Below, piece after piece: positions 8,606 through 17,279 of a DNA stretch of 64,000 nucleotides. How positions within the stretch are numbered: the stretch's first letter is position 1; each line of letters starts with the position of its first letter. This stretch comes from a bacterium (GTDB lineage: Bacteria > Hinthialibacterota > Hinthialibacteria > Hinthialibacterales > Hinthialibacteraceae). Location of the stretch: NCBI GenBank assembly GCA_963662285.2, contig CAXXMV010000006.1:352001-416000 (forward strand). Reading direction: 5' to 3'. The translations under genes and the position numbers were made by a program. A model generated the notes under the pieces. It searched no databases, had not been told where the DNA came from, and saw nothing but the letters and a program-made list of their open reading frames with translations.

Positions 8606-10348
8606 ATGAAAACTCCAATCAAGGATATACAGGCTTCCATACCCTATGCAGAAATCATTCAGGGATTGAGCCATGGCGCTGAAACTTTATTGAAAGACTT
8701 GAAAGCCGTGCCAAAATCTAATATACAATCGTATTATATCGAAATAGAAAATATTCTTCAATTTTTGGAAACTTTGAGCTTTATTCAAGAGACCATGTCG
8801 AGTGAGCGGCTTCAGGATACGCTTCACAATACTGTTCATTCAATTCATAAAGATGTACATAATATTCCCAAAAATATTCTAACGCAGCTACCACGAGTTT
8901 CCTTGGATAATCAATCAGGCATCCCCAACTTCCTTGTGCAATCCATTCACATGCTCGGACCTTATATTCGCATCGGCAAGAACGAAATGTCGGCATGGGT
9001 TCGGTTGGACTCAGAAGAAGTAGTTTATTATACGCCAGACATACTGGTTGAATGTTTAAGAAATTTTGGTGTGATCAAAGGTTTACTAGAGGATAAGGTC
9101 AGGGATATTTTTGAAAGCAAAAAATATGACGAAGAAGTATGTATTGCAAAAGGCATTGCACCAGAAATGGGCGAAGATGGTCGCATCGAATATACTGTGG
9201 ATATTGATGACCTCGGACAAACGCCTAAAAGATTAAGTTCTCATAAAGTATCATTTAAGGATATCAAACTTTACGAATATGTTGCCGAAGGAAATGTGAT
9301 AGCCAATAAAATACCCCCAAAGCCCGGAAAACCGGGATTCACAGTTACTAACCGAACAATTGCTCCAATCGAAGCGCAAAAAGCCGAATTTCCCGAAATG
9401 GATTTTACAAAAAAATCTGATGATGACAACCATTTACTTGTTACGGAGGATTGTTGTATTAAGAAAATAAATGGGATTATATATTTGGAACCATCATTAC
9501 ACGTTCCAGAAAGCATCTCGTATAAAACCGGTAATGTATCATCAAAAGTGGCAGTGGTTGTTGAGAAAGATGTGCTAACAGGATTTGATTTACATTCGGA
9601 AAAAAGCATTCAAGTCGGTGGAATTGTGGAAGGCGCAAAAATCGAAGCGAAAGGAAATGTCATTATCCGTGGTGGAATCCAGGGAAAAGAGAAGGCGGTA
9701 ATCGATTCTAATGCGGATATCACGGCCAGGTTTATTTCTAATGCTACAACCAACTCATTAGGGAACACGGTTGTCGAATCGGAGATAGTCAACAGCAAGG
9801 TATGGGCTGGAGGACAAGTTTTTGTTACAGGACATCCAGGGAACATTGTAGGCGGTGAGATTAACGCAGATTCAGATGTTGTAGCAAACAGTATTGGCTC
9901 GGAATTATGGATAAAAACTATTATTCGAATCGGCGGCAGGGCGCAAGATTTGACCACCATGATTCGGGAAACACAGGATAAAATCACCAGTCAGGAAGAA
10001 GCTGTCGATAAATGCAACCAGATTATTGATGCTTTGCGAATGCGAGAATCCCAATCTCCGCTTCCCAACAAGGATGTGAAGAAATCCAAACTGCAAGCGG
10101 AAGAAATGCTTTCACAAGCCAAGCAAAATCTGGAAGAACTGTTTTTTGAAAACGATAGCCTTCAAAAACAATATGAGGATAGTCTGCAAAAATCTCGTAC
10201 AGTCCGCGCTAAAGTTACGATTTATCCGGGCACGGTCATTAAAATTCAGGATGTGGAATTAACGGTGAATAATTCTACGGGACCAGTCATGTTTCTGAAA
10301 CAGGGCGCTGAAATCATCCAATTGCCCTATCAAGCAATCCAAAAGTAA
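8606..10348 (+). CDS. FapA/DUF342 family protein
   Basis: IAKGIAPEMGEDGRIEY, PPKPGKPGFTV, YKTGNV, beta-helix (VGGIVEGAKIEAKGNVIIRGGIQG, IVGGEINA), coiled coil, TIYPGTVIKI. ATG 8606 is preferred over 8567 (SD GAAGGTG, no overlap). Confidence 0.85.
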   Translation: MKTPIKDIQASIPYAEIIQGLSHGAETLLKDLKAVPKSNIQSYYIEIENILQFLETLSFIQETMSSERLQDTLHNTVHSIHKDVHNIPKNILTQLPRVSLDNQSGIPNFLVQSIHMLGPYIRIGKNEMSAWVRLDSEEVVYYTPDILVECLRNFGVIKGLLEDKVRDIFESKKYDEEVCIAKGIAPEMGEDGRIEYTVDIDDLGQTPKRLSSHKVSFKDIKLYEYVAEGNVIANKIPPKPGKPGFTVTNRTIAPIEAQKAEFPEMDFTKKSDDDNHLLVTEDCCIKKINGIIYLEPSLHVPESISYKTGNVSSKVAVVVEKDVLTGFDLHSEKSIQVGGIVEGAKIEAKGNVIIRGGIQGKEKAVIDSNADITARFISNATTNSLGNTVVESEIVNSKVWAGGQVFVTGHPGNIVGGEINADSDVVANSIGSELWIKTIIRIGGRAQDLTTMIRETQDKITSQEEAVDKCNQIIDALRMRESQSPLPNKDVKKSKLQAEEMLSQAKQNLEELFFENDSLQKQYEDSLQKSRTVRAKVTIYPGTVIKIQDVELTVNNSTGPVMFLKQGAEIIQLPYQAIQK

Positions 10349-10365
10349 GAGAGCGTTAGAAGAAA

Positions 10366-12141
10366 ATGGTGAAAAAGATACCGGAAAATCATTCTATCGC
10401 AAAAACACTGCAGGAAGAAACTTATGTAGTTGATACGGCGATACAGGATTATCAGGAAGATGTGCGTCTCGCTGAAAAAGAACGCTTGCAAACCAACCAA
10501 AAAAGGGGGCAGTTACTCCAATCTTTACGGGATTCAATGAAACAAGCAGGCCGTGCAACTAATGTTCTCGAAGGAATGCAGCAGGAATTTACTCGCATTA
10601 TCCAGGAAGGATCACCTCAAGAGATAGAACAAACAATCAAACAATACCAGAAACAGATCAGCAGTTTGCAATCCAAGGCTTTGGTGTCAAGTAAAACCGG
10701 TACAGTCATCCGTCAATTTTTCGATCGCGCCAAAGTGTTTCTCGAAAAAAAGAGGATGTTGGCAAAAGTGGAAAATACAATCAATTCTTTTGTCGTTACA
10801 GACCTGGGAAAAACCAACGCTGATTCCACATTGACAAAACTAACTCAGATTACTTCCTCTATTCGCTCTGATCTCCTATCACTCACTGACACGATAATCG
10901 ATCAGATTGAAATGATGGAAGATCAAATTTTAATAGAGATGAATGAAGAAGAAAAGAAACGTTCGTTATTCTATGCTTGCTTATCGTCTTTCGATGATCA
11001 AAAAAAAGGAAAATTAATCTTACTCTGTCAGAAAAAAATTCAAGGTTCAAGTTTTGAAAACCGGTTGCATTTCTTTAAAACGCTTGTCGAACAGTTAGCG
11101 AAGACCGATACGCGTGCAGCGAGAAAAGTGCATTCGCATATTAGAAAAGCAGCACGTTCTCTTTTGAGGGAAGGACAATACAAAAAGGCTGTTTCTGAAC
11201 TATGCTATGCTTTGCACCTCTGGAAAGACGATGTGTATACCTATCGTCTTTTAGCCGATGTGTTTTTCCGTTTGCAGGAAGAGAAAAATGCGTACGTCGC
11301 CTTGGGAGAAGTTCTCCGGCTTTGTCCTGAAGATGACCGTCTGCGAAGGAGAATGGCCGAATATTGGGTGAAAAAAAAATCTTTGCCTAAAGCTATTCAC
11401 GAATATCAAATATTGTTGGAACATCTTCCGGGAAATCTGTCCTTCCGGCGTGAATTAGGGCGTATTTTGTATGATAATAAGTCCTTCAACCAGGTTCCCG
11501 AAGTATTACTGGCCTATGTGCAGACGATGCCGGAAGACCGGGAATGTCTTACATATATTGGAAATTCGTATATTCACCTGAAAGAATGGGAACATGCTAT
11601 TTTATATCTTCAAAGATCGATTGCACTTAATTCCTCCCAACCCGAAACCTTCCAGGTTCTTTCCATAGCATACCGTAAACTTGAACTCTACGAACAAGCA
11701 ATCCAGATTTTAAAAGCGGGTATCAAATTCAATCCCGATTCATTATTACTAAAAATACTGCTCGGGACGCTCTTCCTGGAGTGTGAAATGTGGGATCGGG
11801 TTCTTGCGGTTCTTCAACCTGTTTTTGATGTGCATCCAGATTCCCCGGTTTTGTTGAAAACTATGGGACAAGCTCATCTCTCTCTTGGACATATTGATGA
11901 AGCGCTTTCTTTGTTGACGCAAGCCAACAAATACAAACAAGACGATCCGGCAACATTTGTTGTTCTGGCCCAGGCCTATCGTAAAAAAGGAGATAGTACA
12001 AATACTGTACTTTTCTATGAAAAAGCAATCCAGTTCAATCAAAATGAGACAAGTTTGCTTCAGGAATTAGCGGGCTATTACGCAGAATGCGGGCAATGGC
12101 AACAAGCCACGGAAACACTTAAAAAAACAAAAAAAGAATAA
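10366..12141 (+). CDS. Tetratricopeptide repeat protein with N-terminal coiled coil
   Basis: Multiple TPR-like repeats in the C-terminal half (e.g. YIGNSYIHLKEWEHAILYLQRSIALN, LAQAYRKKGD..YEKAIQFN). Confidence 0.85.
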   Translation: MVKKIPENHSIAKTLQEETYVVDTAIQDYQEDVRLAEKERLQTNQKRGQLLQSLRDSMKQAGRATNVLEGMQQEFTRIIQEGSPQEIEQTIKQYQKQISSLQSKALVSSKTGTVIRQFFDRAKVFLEKKRMLAKVENTINSFVVTDLGKTNADSTLTKLTQITSSIRSDLLSLTDTIIDQIEMMEDQILIEMNEEEKKRSLFYACLSSFDDQKKGKLILLCQKKIQGSSFENRLHFFKTLVEQLAKTDTRAARKVHSHIRKAARSLLREGQYKKAVSELCYALHLWKDDVYTYRLLADVFFRLQEEKNAYVALGEVLRLCPEDDRLRRRMAEYWVKKKSLPKAIHEYQILLEHLPGNLSFRRELGRILYDNKSFNQVPEVLLAYVQTMPEDRECLTYIGNSYIHLKEWEHAILYLQRSIALNSSQPETFQVLSIAYRKLELYEQAIQILKAGIKFNPDSLLLKILLGTLFLECEMWDRVLAVLQPVFDVHPDSPVLLKTMGQAHLSLGHIDEALSLLTQANKYKQDDPATFVVLAQAYRKKGDSTNTVLFYEKAIQFNQNETSLLQELAGYYAECGQWQQATETLKKTKKE

Positions 12142-12179
12142 TATAGATCGGTGCTTTAGCACACTCTATGAGGTGAAAC

Positions 12180-13571
12180 ATGAATACGTATTCCATACTC
12201 ATCGTAGATGATGACCCACTTGTTCGCAAGTTGCTGAAGAGAATTTCTCAGGACCTACATTGGATGGTGGAAGAAGCGGCAAGTGGTCAGGAGGCAATAG
12301 AAAAATTGCATAATGCCGTTTTTCAAATATACGTCATTGATGTAAAGATGCCCGGCCCGTCTGGCTTGGAATTGGCAAAAATTATTTTACAGAAAGATCC
12401 AAAGGCCGCCATATTAATATTAACCGGGTATGCCGAAATCAATCAAGCCGTAGATGCCATCAAGAAAGGCGTTTTTGATTATATACAAAAAGATAATATA
12501 GAGAACGAAAAGTTAAAACGCATTCTACAGCGGGCTGCTGAATTTCATGATAATCGAATCACTCAAATTCAGGCGCAACATGAACGGGAGCAATCATTAA
12601 AAAATACGGAAAAATCCAATCAGGAATTTCAAGCCATCCTTGAATTGAGCACGGATTTGATTTTCATTGTGAATGCGAAATCGGGAGAATTTACGGATTG
12701 CAACAAAACCGCCTGCGACACTTTGGGATACAGCCGGACCGAACTTACCTCGCTTAGACTGAATGATATAATCTCTGATTTTCAGGGAGTCGATTGGAAA
12801 CCGGTTTTCCAATTGATACGAAATCAACCCAAAAATGTCATTGAAAAACAGATTATTTGTAAATCAAAACAACGATTTCTGGCTGATTTAACATATGCGT
12901 ATGTGTGTCTGGATACCGGAGAATATCTTGCGGTTATTGCGCGCGATATAACAGAGAGAAAACAAGCCGAAAAAGAAATTGATAATCAGCGCATCAAGGT
13001 AGAAAGTCAGTCGGCTATTCTTGAAACCATCATTGAGAGCATAGATGAGGGGATTTTGATGGCGGACTTAAATGGCGTCATTACTGAAGTTAACAGTTGG
13101 TTTTTGGATTTAGCTCAAACACCCAAAGAATTTGTCATGAATCAAAATATAGGGAAAATTATCCAACTGATCATAGGATGCGAAATCTCGAATCTACTCA
13201 ACGATTATAAAAGCGGCATACATAAAGAAAAAAAATGTCTATATACAGATGTATCGGATAGCCGCTTTATGCTAACGACCCAGCCTATTTATAAACAAGA
13301 AGAATATCAAGGCGTAATTATAAACATCGTTGATGTTTCTGATCTGATATCCAAACAAAAATACGAGGAAAAAGAAATACAATACCATCGTGATTTTCTT
13401 TCCAATGCGGCAAAAGATTTACGAACGCCACTTGAAGGGATCGTGGCCATTTCTGCCCAACTCGCAGAAACATCGCTAGATGCGTCTCAACAGTTACTGC
13501 TGGAAATGATAAAAGAATTCGCCCGTTCTCTCTCTAATTTATTAGAGAGTTGCAGCATCGAAACCAAATAA
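12180..13571 (+). CDS. Response regulator: REC-PAS-PAS-degenerate HisKA, no HATPase
   Basis: ILIVDDD, DVKMPGPSG, ILTGY, two PAS domains (ARDITERK). The C-terminal FLSNAAKDLRTPLEGI resembles an H-box without His. GAGGTG SD. Confidence 0.85.
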   Translation: MNTYSILIVDDDPLVRKLLKRISQDLHWMVEEAASGQEAIEKLHNAVFQIYVIDVKMPGPSGLELAKIILQKDPKAAILILTGYAEINQAVDAIKKGVFDYIQKDNIENEKLKRILQRAAEFHDNRITQIQAQHEREQSLKNTEKSNQEFQAILELSTDLIFIVNAKSGEFTDCNKTACDTLGYSRTELTSLRLNDIISDFQGVDWKPVFQLIRNQPKNVIEKQIICKSKQRFLADLTYAYVCLDTGEYLAVIARDITERKQAEKEIDNQRIKVESQSAILETIIESIDEGILMADLNGVITEVNSWFLDLAQTPKEFVMNQNIGKIIQLIIGCEISNLLNDYKSGIHKEKKCLYTDVSDSRFMLTTQPIYKQEEYQGVIINIVDVSDLISKQKYEEKEIQYHRDFLSNAAKDLRTPLEGIVAISAQLAETSLDASQQLLLEMIKEFARSLSNLLESCSIETK

Positions 13572-13594
13572 TCGAAGCATTGCGAGATGAATCC

Positions 13595-13697
13595 ATGAAT
13601 TTGAGCGACGATATGATTTTTGTACTTAACGCCAGAAATGGGGAAAATTATGGATTGTAAAGCAGCGGCTTGTGACCGATTGGGGTACTCCCGTCAA
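13595..13697 (+). pseudogene. Frameshifted PAS-domain remnant paralogous to PAS1 of 12180..13571
   Basis: MNLSDDMIFVLNARNG(fs)KIMDCKAAACDRLGYSRQ aligns with LELSTDLIFIVNAKSGEFTDCNKTACDTLGYSRT. Confidence 0.65.
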
Positions 13698-13733
13698 CCA
13701 TTTTTTCAAGTTCACAATAACTGCCTTAAATGG

Positions 13734-16700
13734 ATGTTACTTATTTTAAGCATTCTATTTGAATTTACTACATTATCATTCTCACAGTCGCCGCCGCACT
13801 GGCGCTATTGGAGAACCGAAGACGGTCTTTGGGAAGCAGTTACGGAGCAAGCCAAAATGGGAAAAGGGGGGAAATTATGGATTACTCATGGAGCTGTTGA
13901 AAATATGAGTATCTTTGATGGATATGCGTTTGAATATATTCCAAGTCCCGCTCACACTGTCCCCGTGTATGAATGCGAATCAGGACAAATTTGGTCGTAT
14001 TTTTATGATGCGGATTCATCAACGGGAGGTCTTCAACAGTTTATCGAGGGCGAATGGATTCGCTACCCGATTGATAAAATTCATTCTCAAGCAAATTCCT
14101 TTTACCCACTCGGTGAGAATCGAGTTTTGTGTTTAGTATCGAGCGGGGTTGTTCTGTTTGACGCGATAAAAAACCAAACTACTGTCGTTAAAAACGAGAA
14201 AAATTCGAGTCTCGGACAGTTTGAAAATTTGGCGCCTGCCCTGGATGGAAGCGTTTGGATTTCTTGTCAGAGAGGATTGGCAAGATTTAAGGGACTTGAT
14301 TCCAGAGATAGCGCTTCTTTCACTTGGGATGAATACTACTATGGCGGCGATCTTGACATTGATTTTCTACGTAATCTTGTAGTGGGTGAGAATGGCGAAG
14401 TCTTCGGTCGCGCCCACTCAAAACTGAGCCAGAAATGGGTTTTAGTGTCCTTCGACGGTCAAACGTGGAAAACCCGATACACATCAGATGAATATTTAAA
14501 TTGTGGGTGGCCGGGAACGGAGGATTCGTTTTGGATCCTCAATGACTCGAAAAAACTACAGCGGATTGAAAATAATCGTTCAACAATGATCGAGAACAAA
14601 CAATCTTTGCAAGGGCAAATAAGGACGGTTTCTTTGGAGAAAAATGGGTGCTTTTGGTTAACGACAACTCTTGGTTTAGTGCGATATGCGCCTTCTGCTT
14701 GGAGATGCCCAGGGGATTCTCCTTCAATCGGCAATATTTTGATTCATAGAATACTTGAAGATAATAAAGGACGCCTCTGGTTAATAGGTCAAAATTCTCT
14801 ACTGCTATATCATAATAATCAATACATAGTATTCTCTCTACCGGCAAACTCCATAGCATTCAATACGGTGGGTCTCTGTTCATTGCCTGATGGGCGAGTC
14901 GTCTACGAAAATTCAAAGGATAAAGTGCTTTGTACGTTTAATCCCGAAACGGAATCATTTGATGAAATTCGTCATCCCGAAGGACGTAGCATAGAATTCG
15001 TCACGCAGAGCCGTGATGGAATGATTTGGGTGGAAACTTCAACAGGCGATCGTAAAAATTGTATTCTTGAAACCTATGATGGCGCCGTTTTCGAATTCAA
15101 GCACATTTTGGGATCGGGTTGGGATGGTGTTAGTTTACGCGATCTTCATGAAGATAAGAATGGCGACCTTTGGATTATGGGATGGGGTGGGGATGGCGTT
15201 GGTGTGTTCAAAAACGGGAAATACTGCTCCTTTGGCCGTAAGGATGGATTGCCTGATTCCGTATGGCTTTCAATTATTGAATTGGATAACGGAAATATCT
15301 GGATCGGAGGCCGGAAATCGATTTTTGAATACGATGGACGTTCTTGGACCGAAATTCGTTCGGGATTCGAGAATGTACGATCTATGATTAAGAGCCGGGA
15401 TGGAAGCGTATGGGCGGCCACACAGAATGGATTGTATCGATACCACCTGGAAAACTGGATCGCAATCACTATGGATGAGGGATTGCCGAGCGACATTGTC
15501 TATGAAGTTTATGAGGATAGTAAAGGAGATATTTGGGTGGGCACAACATCTAGTTTCTGCCGTTATTATCCAAAGGCGGATCCAGATCCCCCTGAAACCT
15601 ATATTTCCTCATCTAGAAACTCAAAAACGATTTCGCCGGGGGGAGATGTAACTTTCAATTACGAGGGGATTGATAAATGGAAATACACGCCTAAAAGCAG
15701 ATTGTTATATTCCCATAGGTTTGATGGTAGAGAATGGTCGAAATATGGAAGAGACACTGTGGTTTCTGCAACAGGATTTAATTCGGGAACCCATAGTTTT
15801 GAAGTCCGTGCGATGGATCGTAATTGGAATGTGGACCCGACACCAGCCTCCTTCGAGTTTACTGTTCTATCGCCTTGGTACAAAGAGCCTCTATTTATCG
15901 TTTTTTTTATCGGCTCGATAATGCTTATATTAGCATCAATGGCCTATGCTATCCATCGCCACTTATGGCTTCATAAACTCGTCGAGCAGAGGACGCGTGA
16001 TCTAAAAGAAGAAATTAATACGCGGGAAAAACTGGAGAAACAATTTATCCAATCCCAAAAAATGGAAGCCATCGGCCAATTGGCTGGAGGAGTGGCGCAC
16101 GATTTCAACAATATTTTAATGGCGATTAACGGGAACAGCGACTTTATCTTAAACCATAAAAATCTTGACCCTTCGATTCGCGAAGATGTTGAAGAAATCA
16201 AAAAATCCGGCCAACGCGCCGCCGCATTGACCCGGCAACTCCTGGCGTTCAGCCGAAAACAAATTCTCAAACCGCAAAATGTGAATATGAATGAATTGAT
16301 TGAGAACATGATCAAAATGTTGTACCGCTTGATCGGAGAAGATGTGAGTTTGAGTTTTATTCCCTGCGAGACATTGGATCAAATCCATATCGATCCGGGC
16401 CAGATGGAACAAGTTATTATGAATTTGGCCGTTAATGCACGCGATGCAATGCTTAATGGAGGATCGCTCACAATAGAAACGAAAAATGTTGATCTGAATG
16501 TAGATTACGCTGCGGCCCATGACAGCGTTAACCCAGGTCCCCACGTTATGCTGGCGGTTAGCGACACAGGCCACGGGATGGATAATAAGACCCAACAGAG
16601 GATTTTCGATCCATTTTATACGACCAAAGAGCAAGGAAAAGGAACGGGATTGGGATTATCGACTGTGTACGGGATTGTCAAACAGTGTAACGGAAACATC

Positions 16701-17180
16701 TGGGTATACAGCGAAATAGGGAAAGGAACCACGTTCAAAATCTATTTTCCCAGCATCGGTCATACTACATCATCTGAATCCATCGAATCTACCGAGGAAC
16801 GCACTCTCCACGGGAAAGAAACGGTATTGATTGTTGAAGATGACGAAATGGTACGCAAGTTATCTTCCCGTGCGTTGAAGGAATTCGGCTACACGATTCT
16901 GGAAGCGAGAAATGGATTAAAAGCACTTGATCTATGTGATGAATATGAAGGCCGAATCGATCTCGTGTTGACCGATGTCATTATGCCGGAGATGGGCGGT
17001 CCCGAACTGGTTAAAAAACTATCAGAACAATATCCCCATATCAAGGTGGTTTATATGTCCGGTTACACAGACAATACCATCTCTCATCATGGCGTCCTTG
17101 AAGAAGGAATCGCATTTCTCAGCAAACCGGCCTCACCGGATGAACTAGGACAAAAAGTCCGGGATGTATTGGATGCTTAA
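13734..17180 (+). CDS. Hybrid sensor histidine kinase with extracytoplasmic beta-propeller/Y_Y_Y sensor, HisKA, HATPase and REC
   Basis: Signal peptide from ATG 13734. Propeller repeats (EDNKGRLW, EDKNGDLW, DEGLPSDIVYEVYEDSKGDIWVGT), GTHSFEVRAMD, one TM helix, GGVAHDFNN, NLAVNARDAM, GKGTGLGL, LTDVIMPEMGG. Confidence 0.92.
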   Translation: MLLILSILFEFTTLSFSQSPPHWRYWRTEDGLWEAVTEQAKMGKGGKLWITHGAVENMSIFDGYAFEYIPSPAHTVPVYECESGQIWSYFYDADSSTGGLQQFIEGEWIRYPIDKIHSQANSFYPLGENRVLCLVSSGVVLFDAIKNQTTVVKNEKNSSLGQFENLAPALDGSVWISCQRGLARFKGLDSRDSASFTWDEYYYGGDLDIDFLRNLVVGENGEVFGRAHSKLSQKWVLVSFDGQTWKTRYTSDEYLNCGWPGTEDSFWILNDSKKLQRIENNRSTMIENKQSLQGQIRTVSLEKNGCFWLTTTLGLVRYAPSAWRCPGDSPSIGNILIHRILEDNKGRLWLIGQNSLLLYHNNQYIVFSLPANSIAFNTVGLCSLPDGRVVYENSKDKVLCTFNPETESFDEIRHPEGRSIEFVTQSRDGMIWVETSTGDRKNCILETYDGAVFEFKHILGSGWDGVSLRDLHEDKNGDLWIMGWGGDGVGVFKNGKYCSFGRKDGLPDSVWLSIIELDNGNIWIGGRKSIFEYDGRSWTEIRSGFENVRSMIKSRDGSVWAATQNGLYRYHLENWIAITMDEGLPSDIVYEVYEDSKGDIWVGTTSSFCRYYPKADPDPPETYISSSRNSKTISPGGDVTFNYEGIDKWKYTPKSRLLYSHRFDGREWSKYGRDTVVSATGFNSGTHSFEVRAMDRNWNVDPTPASFEFTVLSPWYKEPLFIVFFIGSIMLILASMAYAIHRHLWLHKLVEQRTRDLKEEINTREKLEKQFIQSQKMEAIGQLAGGVAHDFNNILMAINGNSDFILNHKNLDPSIREDVEEIKKSGQRAAALTRQLLAFSRKQILKPQNVNMNELIENMIKMLYRLIGEDVSLSFIPCETLDQIHIDPGQMEQVIMNLAVNARDAMLNGGSLTIETKNVDLNVDYAAAHDSVNPGPHVMLAVSDTGHGMDNKTQQRIFDPFYTTKEQGKGTGLGLSTVYGIVKQCNGNIWVYSEIGKGTTFKIYFPSIGHTTSSESIESTEERTLHGKETVLIVEDDEMVRKLSSRALKEFGYTILEARNGLKALDLCDEYEGRIDLVLTDVIMPEMGGPELVKKLSEQYPHIKVVYMSGYTDNTISHHGVLEEGIAFLSKPASPDELGQKVRDVLDA

Positions 17181-17279
17181 GCATATCAATGTTTATATAT
17201 AGGGTCTTTTTTGAAAAGAATTGAACAAGGTACAACGGACTGTTGCGTTTTCTGTTTCATATGACAATAGCTGTCCACG

